DNA from: Desulfovibrio sp. | GTDB lineage: Bacteria; Desulfobacterota; Desulfovibrionia; Desulfovibrionales; Desulfovibrionaceae | DNA length: 64,000 nt | Direction: 5' to 3' | NCBI GenBank assembly: GCA_030145055.1 | Contig: JAQYWK010000004.1 | Span: forward strand, 74,701 to 138,700 | Shown: positions 17,480 to 25,987 of the stretch, one piece after another | Position numbering within the stretch: the stretch's first letter is position 1 | Layout: the number at the start of each line of letters is the position of its first letter | Notes under the pieces: generated by a model | Told to the model about the DNA's origin: nothing | Seen by the model: only the letters and a program-made list of their open reading frames with translations | The model's database searches: none | Program-made: the position numbers and the translations under genes

Positions 17480-19972
17480 TCAGTTGTCAGGTATAATGAC
17501 AAGCTGTACTTCTGGCACTCTCGATATTTTGTCGAGATCTAGAGTTGTACTTATTTTAGCAGGTATAAACAAAGTCCCTTTAAATCCTGAGGATATTTTA
17601 TTCCATAGCTCAGTAGGAGCGCAGTAATTTATTTTTCCGGGGCAGATAACTAGTAAATTTTGAACGGGATCTATTTCTTCTTTGCCAAGCACCATGCACG
17701 GATCTGACATTATTAAATCTTCTTGGAGCATTCCGTGAATGGTATCAATCAACCTTTTGTCATCAATAGGTTTGATGAGAGCTGCATCTCCACCAGCTTG
17801 CTGTCCTTCAGCAAGTGCACTGATGACAATTACTGGAATATGGCGGGTTGAAGGGTCGAGACGAAGCTGCTTGATGGCTTCGGCCCCATCCATTTTAGGC
17901 ATTTTTAGATCCATAGTTATAAGCTGAGGCATCTGCGTTTTAGCTTTTTGGACTGCCTCAACGCCATCAACCGCAGTTATTATTCTATATCCTTCCTCTT
18001 CAAGTATTTGTGAAAGGAATTCATTAAGAGCTGGGTCATCGTCAGCAACAAGAATCAGTGGACTGTTTTTTTTGCCGGGGCGTCTACCAACAGTGTTAAG
18101 TGCAATTGGAGCAGGCGTCGGGGTTACGTTCGTGTTGGGAAGTCCTTTAGCCAGAGTAAAGTGGAAAGAACTTCCTTCATTGAACTTGCTGTCAACCCAG
18201 ATTCGTCCGTTATGGTGCTCAACTATTTGTTTACAGATAGGCAGGCCGAGACCTGTCCCTTTTGGTTTGCCTGTTAAAGTATCTCCGACTTGTTTGAATC
18301 GTTCAAAAATTTTCTTTTGATCTGCTTGAGTTATCCCAGTTCCAGTGTCACTCATACTGATTATGAGTTCATTGTCGCGCGCGCGAGCTGTGCAGGTTAT
18401 TGAGCCTTCGTGTGTAAATTTAACCGCGTTTGAAATGAGGTTCACCATAACCTGCATGATTCTGTCGCGGTCTCCGTAGATCGTAGGCAGATTTTCTTCT
18501 ATATCAATAATCAATTCTAGATTCTTGGATTGCCAGAGTGGGGCAGTCGTTTGCCCTGAAGCAGTAATAACTTCTTCCATATCTATAGCGATATTTTTCC
18601 AATCAATTTTGCCGGACTCCATCTTAGCAATATCCAGCACATCATTAATAAGGTCAGTTAAACGTTCACCTTCAGATACGATGATACCTATATTAACCTG
18701 CACTTGATCCATGGCTCTCTGCGTTTTTACGTCTGTAGTCTGGCATTGCGGGTATACCGACTTATCAAGTTTCTTTTTAATGATTTTTGCAAAACCTAAA
18801 ATGGAAGTCATCGGAGTTCTCAGCTCATGAGAAACCGTTGAAATAAAGTCTGTTTTTAAGTTATCAACTTCTTTTTCATATGTAATATCACGTACCAGAA
18901 TTACTGCACCGAGGCATAATGGGGCACCATCCTCAGCATTCTTTTTGTGAATAGGAGTCGCTACTGCCTTGCCTGTACGTCGTTTACCTAGGTTTATTTC
19001 AGACGTATAGACTTCATGTTCACACCCCTTTACCAAATTGAAAAGCTGGTTCATTTCATCTGTGAAGAAATATTTGATATCCTTACCTTTGACGTCTTTC
19101 CCATCTAGATCGAAGAGGTCTGAGAGGGCTGGATTGGTTAAGGATATTTTTCCATACACGTCGACAACGAGCAAGCCGTCGGCCAGATTGTCCATGATTA
19201 CTTCCATGTAGGTCAGTGTATCCTGTAACTCGCTTGTCGCATTCGTCACAGCTCTTTCAAGTCCGGCAATTATCGTCGTCAGTTCGGACGCCATATTTTG
19301 CATTGTATCTGCAAGAAGCCCTATTTCATCTTTTGAAGTTATTTCTACTGAAGCAGTAAAATCATGATTTGCAAGTTTTTTTGCATATTCAGTCAATTGG
19401 TTAAGTGGCTCAGAAATTCGTTTCACTGACATATAAAGTAGAAATACACTGGCCCAAAATATAAAAAACATTACTACTTGCAATTTTGCAATAGCAATCC
19501 AAACATACTTTGTGATCAGTCCTTTATCCATACCTACATGGACGTACCCCGCCATTCCAGCCAGAACAGGCCTGCTTATGTCTATTATTGTTCCTTCTTC
19601 CGGAAGGTTTATTTCTCTTACAGATACTTCGTTTGGGTGTGTGTTGCTGTATTTGAGTATTTCGGGAACACTTGGAACAAAGGTGTGCGAAATGATATCA
19701 CCGTTATCATCTTGAACATATACGTAGGCAGCTCCATCAATTTGTTTAAACTGGTCAATCATGGACTGTATGGTGGACGAATCTCTGTTGAGCAAAATCT
19801 CTACGCTGGAGCTGGCAATGGAGCTGGCAATAGCCTTACCCTTACTAATGTATTCATCAACCATGTGATTGTAGAGGGTAAGCGCTGACATCAAAGACAT
19901 TGATATGGATATAACTCCGAACAGCGCGAAGTTCAGGAGTATAGTCTTTTGGAATATTTTCGACATTCTCAT
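17480..19972 (-). CDS. Hybrid sensor histidine kinase (2 TM, periplasmic domain, HAMP, PAS, HisKA, HATPase, receiver, plus an uncharacterised roughly 100-aa C-terminal extension)
   Basis: H-box SHELRTPMTSI, N-box NLISNAVKFT, G-boxes DTGTGI and GTGLGLPICK, and a receiver (LVADDD...MDLKMPKMDG). The start is ambiguous (GTG 19993 or ATG 19972/19966). Confidence 0.85.
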   Translation of the reverse strand: MRMSKIFQKTILLNFALFGVISISMSLMSALTLYNHMVDEYISKGKAIASSIASSSVEILLNRDSSTIQSMIDQFKQIDGAAYVYVQDDNGDIISHTFVPSVPEILKYSNTHPNEVSVREINLPEEGTIIDISRPVLAGMAGYVHVGMDKGLITKYVWIAIAKLQVVMFFIFWASVFLLYMSVKRISEPLNQLTEYAKKLANHDFTASVEITSKDEIGLLADTMQNMASELTTIIAGLERAVTNATSELQDTLTYMEVIMDNLADGLLVVDVYGKISLTNPALSDLFDLDGKDVKGKDIKYFFTDEMNQLFNLVKGCEHEVYTSEINLGKRRTGKAVATPIHKKNAEDGAPLCLGAVILVRDITYEKEVDNLKTDFISTVSHELRTPMTSILGFAKIIKKKLDKSVYPQCQTTDVKTQRAMDQVQVNIGIIVSEGERLTDLINDVLDIAKMESGKIDWKNIAIDMEEVITASGQTTAPLWQSKNLELIIDIEENLPTIYGDRDRIMQVMVNLISNAVKFTHEGSITCTARARDNELIISMSDTGTGITQADQKKIFERFKQVGDTLTGKPKGTGLGLPICKQIVEHHNGRIWVDSKFNEGSSFHFTLAKGLPNTNVTPTPAPIALNTVGRRPGKKNSPLILVADDDPALNEFLSQILEEEGYRIITAVDGVEAVQKAKTQMPQLITMDLKMPKMDGAEAIKQLRLDPSTRHIPVIVISALAEGQQAGGDAALIKPIDDKRLIDTIHGMLQEDLIMSDPCMVLGKEEIDPVQNLLVICPGKINYCAPTELWNKISSGFKGTLFIPAKISTTLDLDKISRVPEVQLVIIPDN

Positions 19973-19980
19973 TTTAATTG

Positions 19981-21234
19981 TCACTTGCTCCACCTCTTCC
20001 AGTTTTGAACCGGAACGAATTTACCGTTCGAAACGGTGGTGTAGTAAATTTCGTCAAGTCCTTGATGTCTTCCTCTTCCGAAATTTATGTCAGTTCCTAT
20101 GCCTATGTCTAGATTGCGTATGGATAATGTCGCAGCGTAAAGACTTCCAAAATGTTCACGGAGCATCATTCGCTGCATAATTTCCGTCATCACTTTGGCA
20201 TTCAGATATCCTTCGAAGCTGATAAAACTGAATTGAAGTGGTTTATAACCTTTTCCAAATCCTTCCGGTGGGGCCGGAGGATTTTCCGTCATTGCTTTTC
20301 GGTAGTCGCGGACGGCGCTCAGTGAAGTGTCTTCATAGCTTGGAACTGTTTGAGAATTAATCAGATCTTGTGTGTAACTTTTGCCGGTTTCTTGTTCCAG
20401 ATCCGATAGATGCTGAAGTAGATTCTCGCTGCCTACGAAGGATAGGTTGCATATTGGAACGTCGACCCCTGCATCTCTTGCGTCTCTAATAAAGGCAGCG
20501 CTGGCAGCATATGATCCAATTGTTATAATAGCATCTGGCTTCGCTTCAGAAAGTATTTCAACCTGACGCTTCATAGAGTCTTTAAAATCAGCTCCTCTTC
20601 TATAGGTAGCTTCAGCTGCTATTGTAAGTTCTTTTTCCGTGAGCGCTTTTCTTACACCATCCCAACCACTGCGCCCGTACGCATCGGCCTGATATAAAAC
20701 CGCGATTCTCTTTCGGCCAACCATAAAGAGGTTATGCACAAGTCCCCACGTTTCTTGTCTATAAGACGCGCGAAGGTTGAATACATATTCTTCGTAAGGA
20801 AATTCCCTTTGAGGCTGAGCTCCGGTGAATGGAAAGAAAAGAAAGACAGATTTATCGGTATTAAAATGCTTAATGACAGGGAGTACTCTTGTTACTGTCG
20901 GGGTTCCTACATAGTTGAACAAACATTGGACATTATCGTTTTCAATTAATTTGATTGTGTTTCTGATTGCAGGGAGAGGATTGTAGCCGTCATCATAATA
21001 TTTTATTACAATTTTGTGCCCGAGGATTCCTCCCGCAGCGTTAATTTTGTCAAAATATGCTTGTGAACCGCGGTATAGTTCAATTCCCAGTCCTTTACTA
21101 GGTCCGGTGAAGGCTGCTGACATGCCAAGAAGAATAGGTTTCGCGGTTGCATTTGAATCATTAGCTCCGACGGGGGTGCAGAGCATGATTATGGCAATCG
21201 TCATGAGGATTGTGTTGAAGTACAACTTGTTCAT
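19981..21234 (-). CDS. Periplasmic type-1 solute-binding protein (Leu/Ile/Val-binding-protein fold)
   Basis: Signal peptide, then LLGMSAAFTGPSKGLGIELYRGSQAYFDKINAAGGILGHKI..YDDGYNP, typical of LivJ/Peripla_BP_6-type proteins. No ABC permease or ATPase genes are adjacent. Confidence 0.8.
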   Translation of the reverse strand: MNKLYFNTILMTIAIIMLCTPVGANDSNATAKPILLGMSAAFTGPSKGLGIELYRGSQAYFDKINAAGGILGHKIVIKYYDDGYNPLPAIRNTIKLIENDNVQCLFNYVGTPTVTRVLPVIKHFNTDKSVFLFFPFTGAQPQREFPYEEYVFNLRASYRQETWGLVHNLFMVGRKRIAVLYQADAYGRSGWDGVRKALTEKELTIAAEATYRRGADFKDSMKRQVEILSEAKPDAIITIGSYAASAAFIRDARDAGVDVPICNLSFVGSENLLQHLSDLEQETGKSYTQDLINSQTVPSYEDTSLSAVRDYRKAMTENPPAPPEGFGKGYKPLQFSFISFEGYLNAKVMTEIMQRMMLREHFGSLYAATLSIRNLDIGIGTDINFGRGRHQGLDEIYYTTVSNGKFVPVQNWKRWSK

Positions 21235-21305
21235 ATCGGACCTTATTTAGTGTTTGTTAGATTCCTGATACAATCCTGAAACGTAGCTTCTATATGGATG
21301 CCAGG

Positions 21306-23072
21306 TCAGTTTAAGTTACTTCTTGGGATTTTGCAGAATCTTGGAGATGTGGGACGGTCCAAGTTGATAGAATCAGCCCCTTTTTCTATATTAAGTATGT
21401 TTGAGATGAAGAGGTTAACCATCTCTTTGTTCAACTTTCCTTCGCATGCTTCTTCGGAGAGGATTTTCAAAGCACGAGCTTGCGGAGTCGCAGGCTTGTA
21501 ATGCCGCTCCTGAGTGATAGCATCGTAGATGTCAGCAATAGCTATGATCTGGCTTTGAATAAGAATATCGTCACTTTTAAGCCCCGCAGGATAACCTGAC
21601 CCATCAAGCCTTTCATGGTGTTGGCCAATTATTGTAAGTAATTGAGACAGGTCGTCGTGGAAGGGGATATGCTCCAATATTCTCTGACTTTCAAGGGGAT
21701 GACGTTCTATTTCCAGTCTTTCTTCTGAAGTAAGATTGCCTTTGCGTACTAGAAGGCATTTCCGCTCCTCGGGGTGGAGCAGATGAATACAAGATCCGTT
21801 AATTTTGAATTTAACATCACTTATGCTGTGAATGAAATCTAAATCTTCTTGATGCGGGCTTAGGGACAGATTGATCTGTTTTAGTCTTTTGTAATCCGGT
21901 TCCCATTCCTGCTGGTTATGAATACCGAAAAGTTTCATACGCATACCGATAATGTCGAGCATTGAATTCGGGAGGCGTGTTTTTTTAGTAAGTACTTCTT
22001 CTTTTATGCCAATTTTACCGATGTCATGGAGAACCCCGGCATAGAAAATTTCTCGAAGTTGTTCATCCGTGAAAGTTATGTCTGAGAAAAATTGGTCTTC
22101 CTGAGATATTAACCTTGAAAAAGATACGGCTAGATGAGCAACCCTTTCAGAATGACCCGCAGTGAAAGGATCCCGCGCGTCAATTGCTTCAGCAAGTGCT
22201 TTAAGAAGCGCGTCCATCAAAACTCTGATGGATTCAAAGTTATAAGCGTTACTGATGGAAATCCCCGCAACTGAGGCGAGCGTTGCAACATGTTTTAGAT
22301 GGGAAGCGTTAAATGCATTAACGCATTTTGATGTAAGAATCAGAACGCCTTCGCATACATGCGGCGATGGTATGGGCATGATTAGCAATGATTTAATATT
22401 GTCGCACAATTTCGATCCGCAGCGGCAGTCCAACTTTACATCATTAAGTATCTCTCCGCGCAGGCTAGCGATAATATCTTTGAAGAGAGAACATTCGACT
22501 AGCTTCTCAAAAGTCTCTGTTGTGATAGCTCCGAAACTATCGAAAATTGTAAATCCATTTTCTTCTGGAAGATATACTGCGCCCATCTCAGCTGGTAATG
22601 CAGATGACCTGCATTCTTGGATGAGAGCGCTTATAACATCCTTTAATCTAAGAGAATTATTAAGCTCAACAATGGATCTGTGTAGTAGAGCTAGCTCGCG
22701 GTATTTACCCAAAGTTTCTTCACCGAGCATGCGTCGGGCTGATTCTGAATCGATATGGTTGGTAATAGCGTAGGCAGTGAAGTCAAGTACAGCTTTGATT
22801 TGTTCAAGCTCTTTTTCAGAAACTTCATCAGGCTCTTTAAGTGAGAGGCCAATATGGAGATCTTCGTTTGCGGGGTTTTTTACGTAGGTAAAAATTGTTT
22901 TATTGGAGAGGGGAGGTGTTTGCGCTTTGCAATAAATAGGAATGCTGCCGATGTATGCGCATAGGATAGAATCTAGAGGTAGCAGTCGAGAAGCCTTTTC
23001 AAAAAAAGCTCTCAATTTTTTCGGCTTAAGGAGTTTCTTCAGCCGTGCTTCCGGTTTTAAGTTCGCATTCAT
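21306..23072 (-). CDS. HD-GYP domain protein (probable c-di-GMP phosphodiesterase) with a GAF-like N-terminal region
   Basis: Motifs HSERVA, LHDIGKIGI and HHERLDGSGYP. Confidence 0.85.
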   Translation of the reverse strand: MNANLKPEARLKKLLKPKKLRAFFEKASRLLPLDSILCAYIGSIPIYCKAQTPPLSNKTIFTYVKNPANEDLHIGLSLKEPDEVSEKELEQIKAVLDFTAYAITNHIDSESARRMLGEETLGKYRELALLHRSIVELNNSLRLKDVISALIQECRSSALPAEMGAVYLPEENGFTIFDSFGAITTETFEKLVECSLFKDIIASLRGEILNDVKLDCRCGSKLCDNIKSLLIMPIPSPHVCEGVLILTSKCVNAFNASHLKHVATLASVAGISISNAYNFESIRVLMDALLKALAEAIDARDPFTAGHSERVAHLAVSFSRLISQEDQFFSDITFTDEQLREIFYAGVLHDIGKIGIKEEVLTKKTRLPNSMLDIIGMRMKLFGIHNQQEWEPDYKRLKQINLSLSPHQEDLDFIHSISDVKFKINGSCIHLLHPEERKCLLVRKGNLTSEERLEIERHPLESQRILEHIPFHDDLSQLLTIIGQHHERLDGSGYPAGLKSDDILIQSQIIAIADIYDAITQERHYKPATPQARALKILSEEACEGKLNKEMVNLFISNILNIEKGADSINLDRPTSPRFCKIPRSNLN

Positions 23073-23080
23073 AGAAATTG

Positions 23081-23467
23081 TTAGCTCTCAATTTGTAGAA
23101 TTGTTTTTGCAATTTCCAGAATTTCATCCGGGTCAAAAGGTTTGGTCATGTATCTTTCAGCTCCAAGTTCAAGGCCGTGCTTTCTGTCTACTTCCTGCCC
23201 TTTAGCTGTCAAAAGTATTATTTTAACATCTTTTAAACTGGAATCTTCACGAACTTCCTGGCAAACTTCGTAGCCGTTCATATACGGCATCATGATATCT
23301 AGAAAAACCAAATCGGGCTTTTCCTCGCGAATAACATCAAGTCCTTCTTCACCATTTTCAGCGGTTAGAAGCTCAATATCATAATCATCTTCCAGTTCTT
23401 CTAAAGTTTGTTCTAGAAGCATTCTGATGTGGACTTCATCATCCACAACTAGAATTTTTCCGCCCAT
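23081..23467 (-). CDS. Single-domain response regulator
   Basis: ILVVDDE and LVFLDIMMPYMNG. Start placed at the ATG after AGGAGA (MGGKILVVDD); the track ORF extends to 23500. Confidence 0.85.
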   Translation of the reverse strand: MGGKILVVDDEVHIRMLLEQTLEELEDDYDIELLTAENGEEGLDVIREEKPDLVFLDIMMPYMNGYEVCQEVREDSSLKDVKIILLTAKGQEVDRKHGLELGAERYMTKPFDPDEILEIAKTILQIES

Positions 23468-23711
23468 GAGTTCTCCTTTTTTTTGCCAAACCAAAATCAT
23501 ATTTACATGTTGTTATCATGCTCTGCAAGAGGTAGTTTTATATATCAGTAATTAATTGGACATTTAGGTGCTAGATGTAATAAATATATGGTGTTCTCTT
23601 CAGTTGTACGGTGCTTGAAAACAGTAATTTATGTAAAAATTACCACTTCTTTGTTTGATTTTGCAATCACTTTTGCGTGCCACTGCTTAATAGTTGGATT
23701 AGGAATATATT

Positions 23712-24782
23712 ATGATACAATCAAAAGTTGATTCTAGGTTCTTAGGATCCGTCAAACATTCTTTTTTTATTTTTCCAGATATTCCAAAGCATGTGCAGCA
23801 GTTTTTATGGGTTGTTGCTGCATTCCTTGCATGTTTTTTTATAGTGATACTCTGGAAGAAATTTAAAGTTGCCTCTGTTCTTAAGGAATTGGTCGGTATC
23901 GTATTTTCTTCTTCAAAAGAGCCTTTGAAAAAAACAAAGAAAACTTCCGTAAGTAGTTCCAATAGTAATAGAATAAATGACGGAGGGATGAAGGTCTCTT
24001 CCGATCAAGAGGTTTTGGATTGGTTGGTCATGACCAAAGCTTCTTTTGATATTTCAGTTGAGCGGGCAGGTCAGCGAACCCTTGCCGCAGTTGTTGAGGT
24101 TACCGGTATTGAGGGATTAGACGTTTTTGTTGTAATAAAAGATGCGATTACAGACTCTTTAATAAAGCCCGGAGCCAAAGTTAAATGTATATTCTCTGAA
24201 CTGCAAAAGGGTGAGAAAAAGGTCAACGCGTTTGTTGGAACCATCAAGAGTTTGTCTGAAAATGGTGGCATGGCTATTACACGTAATTCCGCATTTGGAT
24301 TTATTCGTCGCCGAGCTTTTTCGCGGAGAAAGGTCGCTGATCAGCGGTTTATAAAAATTAAGGTGTGGCGTCTTGACGACGATGACTTCGATATAGATTT
24401 TATTTTGGATAATATTGAACCTGAGATTATTATTGATAATAGAAAAGATGTTGCAGCTAATTCCAAATCTGAGCAGATTTTAGATATCTCTAAGGGCGGC
24501 CTTGCTCTTTTGGGTACAATCAGGGACGGCGGGAATATGATGTCTCGAAATGATAAACTCTTGCTGTGTATGCTCATTTATCAACCTAAGCGGAAAACAT
24601 TTGATCCTCATCTTATTTTTTGTGAAGCTCGGGCAGCGAATTCTGCAGGAGAGGGTCTCATTCGTCTCAGTTTTCAATTTTTGCGGTCCCTCAAAATTCC
24701 ACCTCGTAAACGATCCACTCTATTTAAAGGACAGGCTGTAATGGCAATGACTCTTGCTCAATCAGCTAAGGGAAAGAAATAA
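23712..24782 (+). CDS. Membrane-anchored PilZ-domain protein (candidate c-di-GMP receptor)
   Basis: N-terminal TM (FLWVVAAFLACFFIVILW), an RRRAFSRR (RxxxR) motif and a DISKGG (DxSxxG) motif. Confidence 0.55.
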   Translation: MIQSKVDSRFLGSVKHSFFIFPDIPKHVQQFLWVVAAFLACFFIVILWKKFKVASVLKELVGIVFSSSKEPLKKTKKTSVSSSNSNRINDGGMKVSSDQEVLDWLVMTKASFDISVERAGQRTLAAVVEVTGIEGLDVFVVIKDAITDSLIKPGAKVKCIFSELQKGEKKVNAFVGTIKSLSENGGMAITRNSAFGFIRRRAFSRRKVADQRFIKIKVWRLDDDDFDIDFILDNIEPEIIIDNRKDVAANSKSEQILDISKGGLALLGTIRDGGNMMSRNDKLLLCMLIYQPKRKTFDPHLIFCEARAANSAGEGLIRLSFQFLRSLKIPPRKRSTLFKGQAVMAMTLAQSAKGKK

Positions 24783-25987
24783 TGAAAAGGATTTTATTGC
24801 TGGTTCTTTTTTTGCTTTTATCTTGTGATAGGGGAGTTTCTGTTGTTGTTCATGTGGATAAAAATCCAGGTGTTTTCCCTACGAAAGTTGTTTTAGGATC
24901 TTCATTAGCACTTGAGGGACATGCCAGCTATCTTGGAACTCAAACCCTTCATGGGGCATTGTCCTATATTAATAATGTTAATGAAGATGGCGGAGTGCAT
25001 GGGCGAAAACTTGAACTTGTTACATATGATGACTCTTATGATCCTCCAAAGTGTCTTATAAATACACAGCGGTTAATTATTAAGGACAAAGTGTTTGCTT
25101 TGTTCGGCTATGTCGGAACGCCTACAACTGTTAAGGTTCTGCCGTTGGTAGATGCTGCACGTATACCATTGCTTGGAATGTTTACAGGAGCCAACGCGCT
25201 TAGAAAACCTTTTAATCGTTATGTCATAAGCGTCAGACCTTCGTATTATAAGGAAACTAAAGAAGCTGTGCGTCATATTGTGCAGGATTTAGGACTGACT
25301 AAAATTGCTGTTTTTTATCAGTATGATGCCTTTGGTTTTGATGGGCTAACTGGTACAGAACTGGCCCTGAAAGATCTCGGGCTTGAACCCGTTGCGCGTG
25401 GTTCTTATACAAGGGGATCACTTGATGTTGCCGAAGGCGTAGCGCGTATTAAAGACTCTGGCGCACAGGCTGTATTTCTGATCGGCACGACCGTTCCATG
25501 TATAACGTTTATTCAGGAGATGAATCGTGCTGGTGTTAGACCTGTTTACTATACAGTCTCTTTTATAGGCGCGCGTGAGTTCGCTAAACATTTAGGGAAA
25601 AAATCTAATGATACCGTGATTATGTCACAGGTTGTCCCACCATTTACTTTTTCAGGAGACCTAAAGCATTCGGAAGCTACGGAGTATATTGAAATGCTTA
25701 AGAGTTCCTATCCGGATGATACCCCTAGTTTGGTTGGGCTTGAAGGTTTTTTCAATGCGCGGGTCCTTGTTGAAGGTTTGCGCCGCGCCGGTCCGCATTT
25801 GACCAGAGAAAAGTTTGTTGATGCGATCGAGTCTATGGGAGAATATGATCTTGCACCGGGGGTTACTATCTCGTTTGACGGCAAAGATCATCAGGGCATG
25901 GATAAGGTTTACTTTACTCGTTTTAATAATGGCCGTTTTGAAGTTCTTGATAATTGGGACCGTTTACGCCGGAGTATAGAACGATGA
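24782..25987 (+). CDS. Periplasmic type-1 solute-binding protein (LivJ-like), paralogous in architecture to 19981-21234
   Basis: Lipoprotein-like leader (LLLSC), then VLGSSLALEGHASYLGTQTLHGALSYINNVNEDGGVHGRKL..YDDSYDP. Confidence 0.8.
   Translation: MKRILLLVLFLLLSCDRGVSVVVHVDKNPGVFPTKVVLGSSLALEGHASYLGTQTLHGALSYINNVNEDGGVHGRKLELVTYDDSYDPPKCLINTQRLIIKDKVFALFGYVGTPTTVKVLPLVDAARIPLLGMFTGANALRKPFNRYVISVRPSYYKETKEAVRHIVQDLGLTKIAVFYQYDAFGFDGLTGTELALKDLGLEPVARGSYTRGSLDVAEGVARIKDSGAQAVFLIGTTVPCITFIQEMNRAGVRPVYYTVSFIGAREFAKHLGKKSNDTVIMSQVVPPFTFSGDLKHSEATEYIEMLKSSYPDDTPSLVGLEGFFNARVLVEGLRRAGPHLTREKFVDAIESMGEYDLAPGVTISFDGKDHQGMDKVYFTRFNNGRFEVLDNWDRLRRSIER

Noticed and set aside
22255-22773. 172-aa ORF on the plus strand.
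   Set aside because: It lies entirely inside the well-supported HD-GYP gene on the opposite strand and has no motifs. It is a typical antisense shadow ORF.
23661-23682. TGGCAC (minus strand) near TTGCAA in the divergent HD-GYP/PilZ control region, a possible sigma-54 promoter.
   Set aside because: The two elements are separated by about 11 nt instead of the required 5, so the GG-N10-GC rule is violated. A weaker plus-strand TGGACA-N5-GTGCT at about 23560 was also too degenerate to call.
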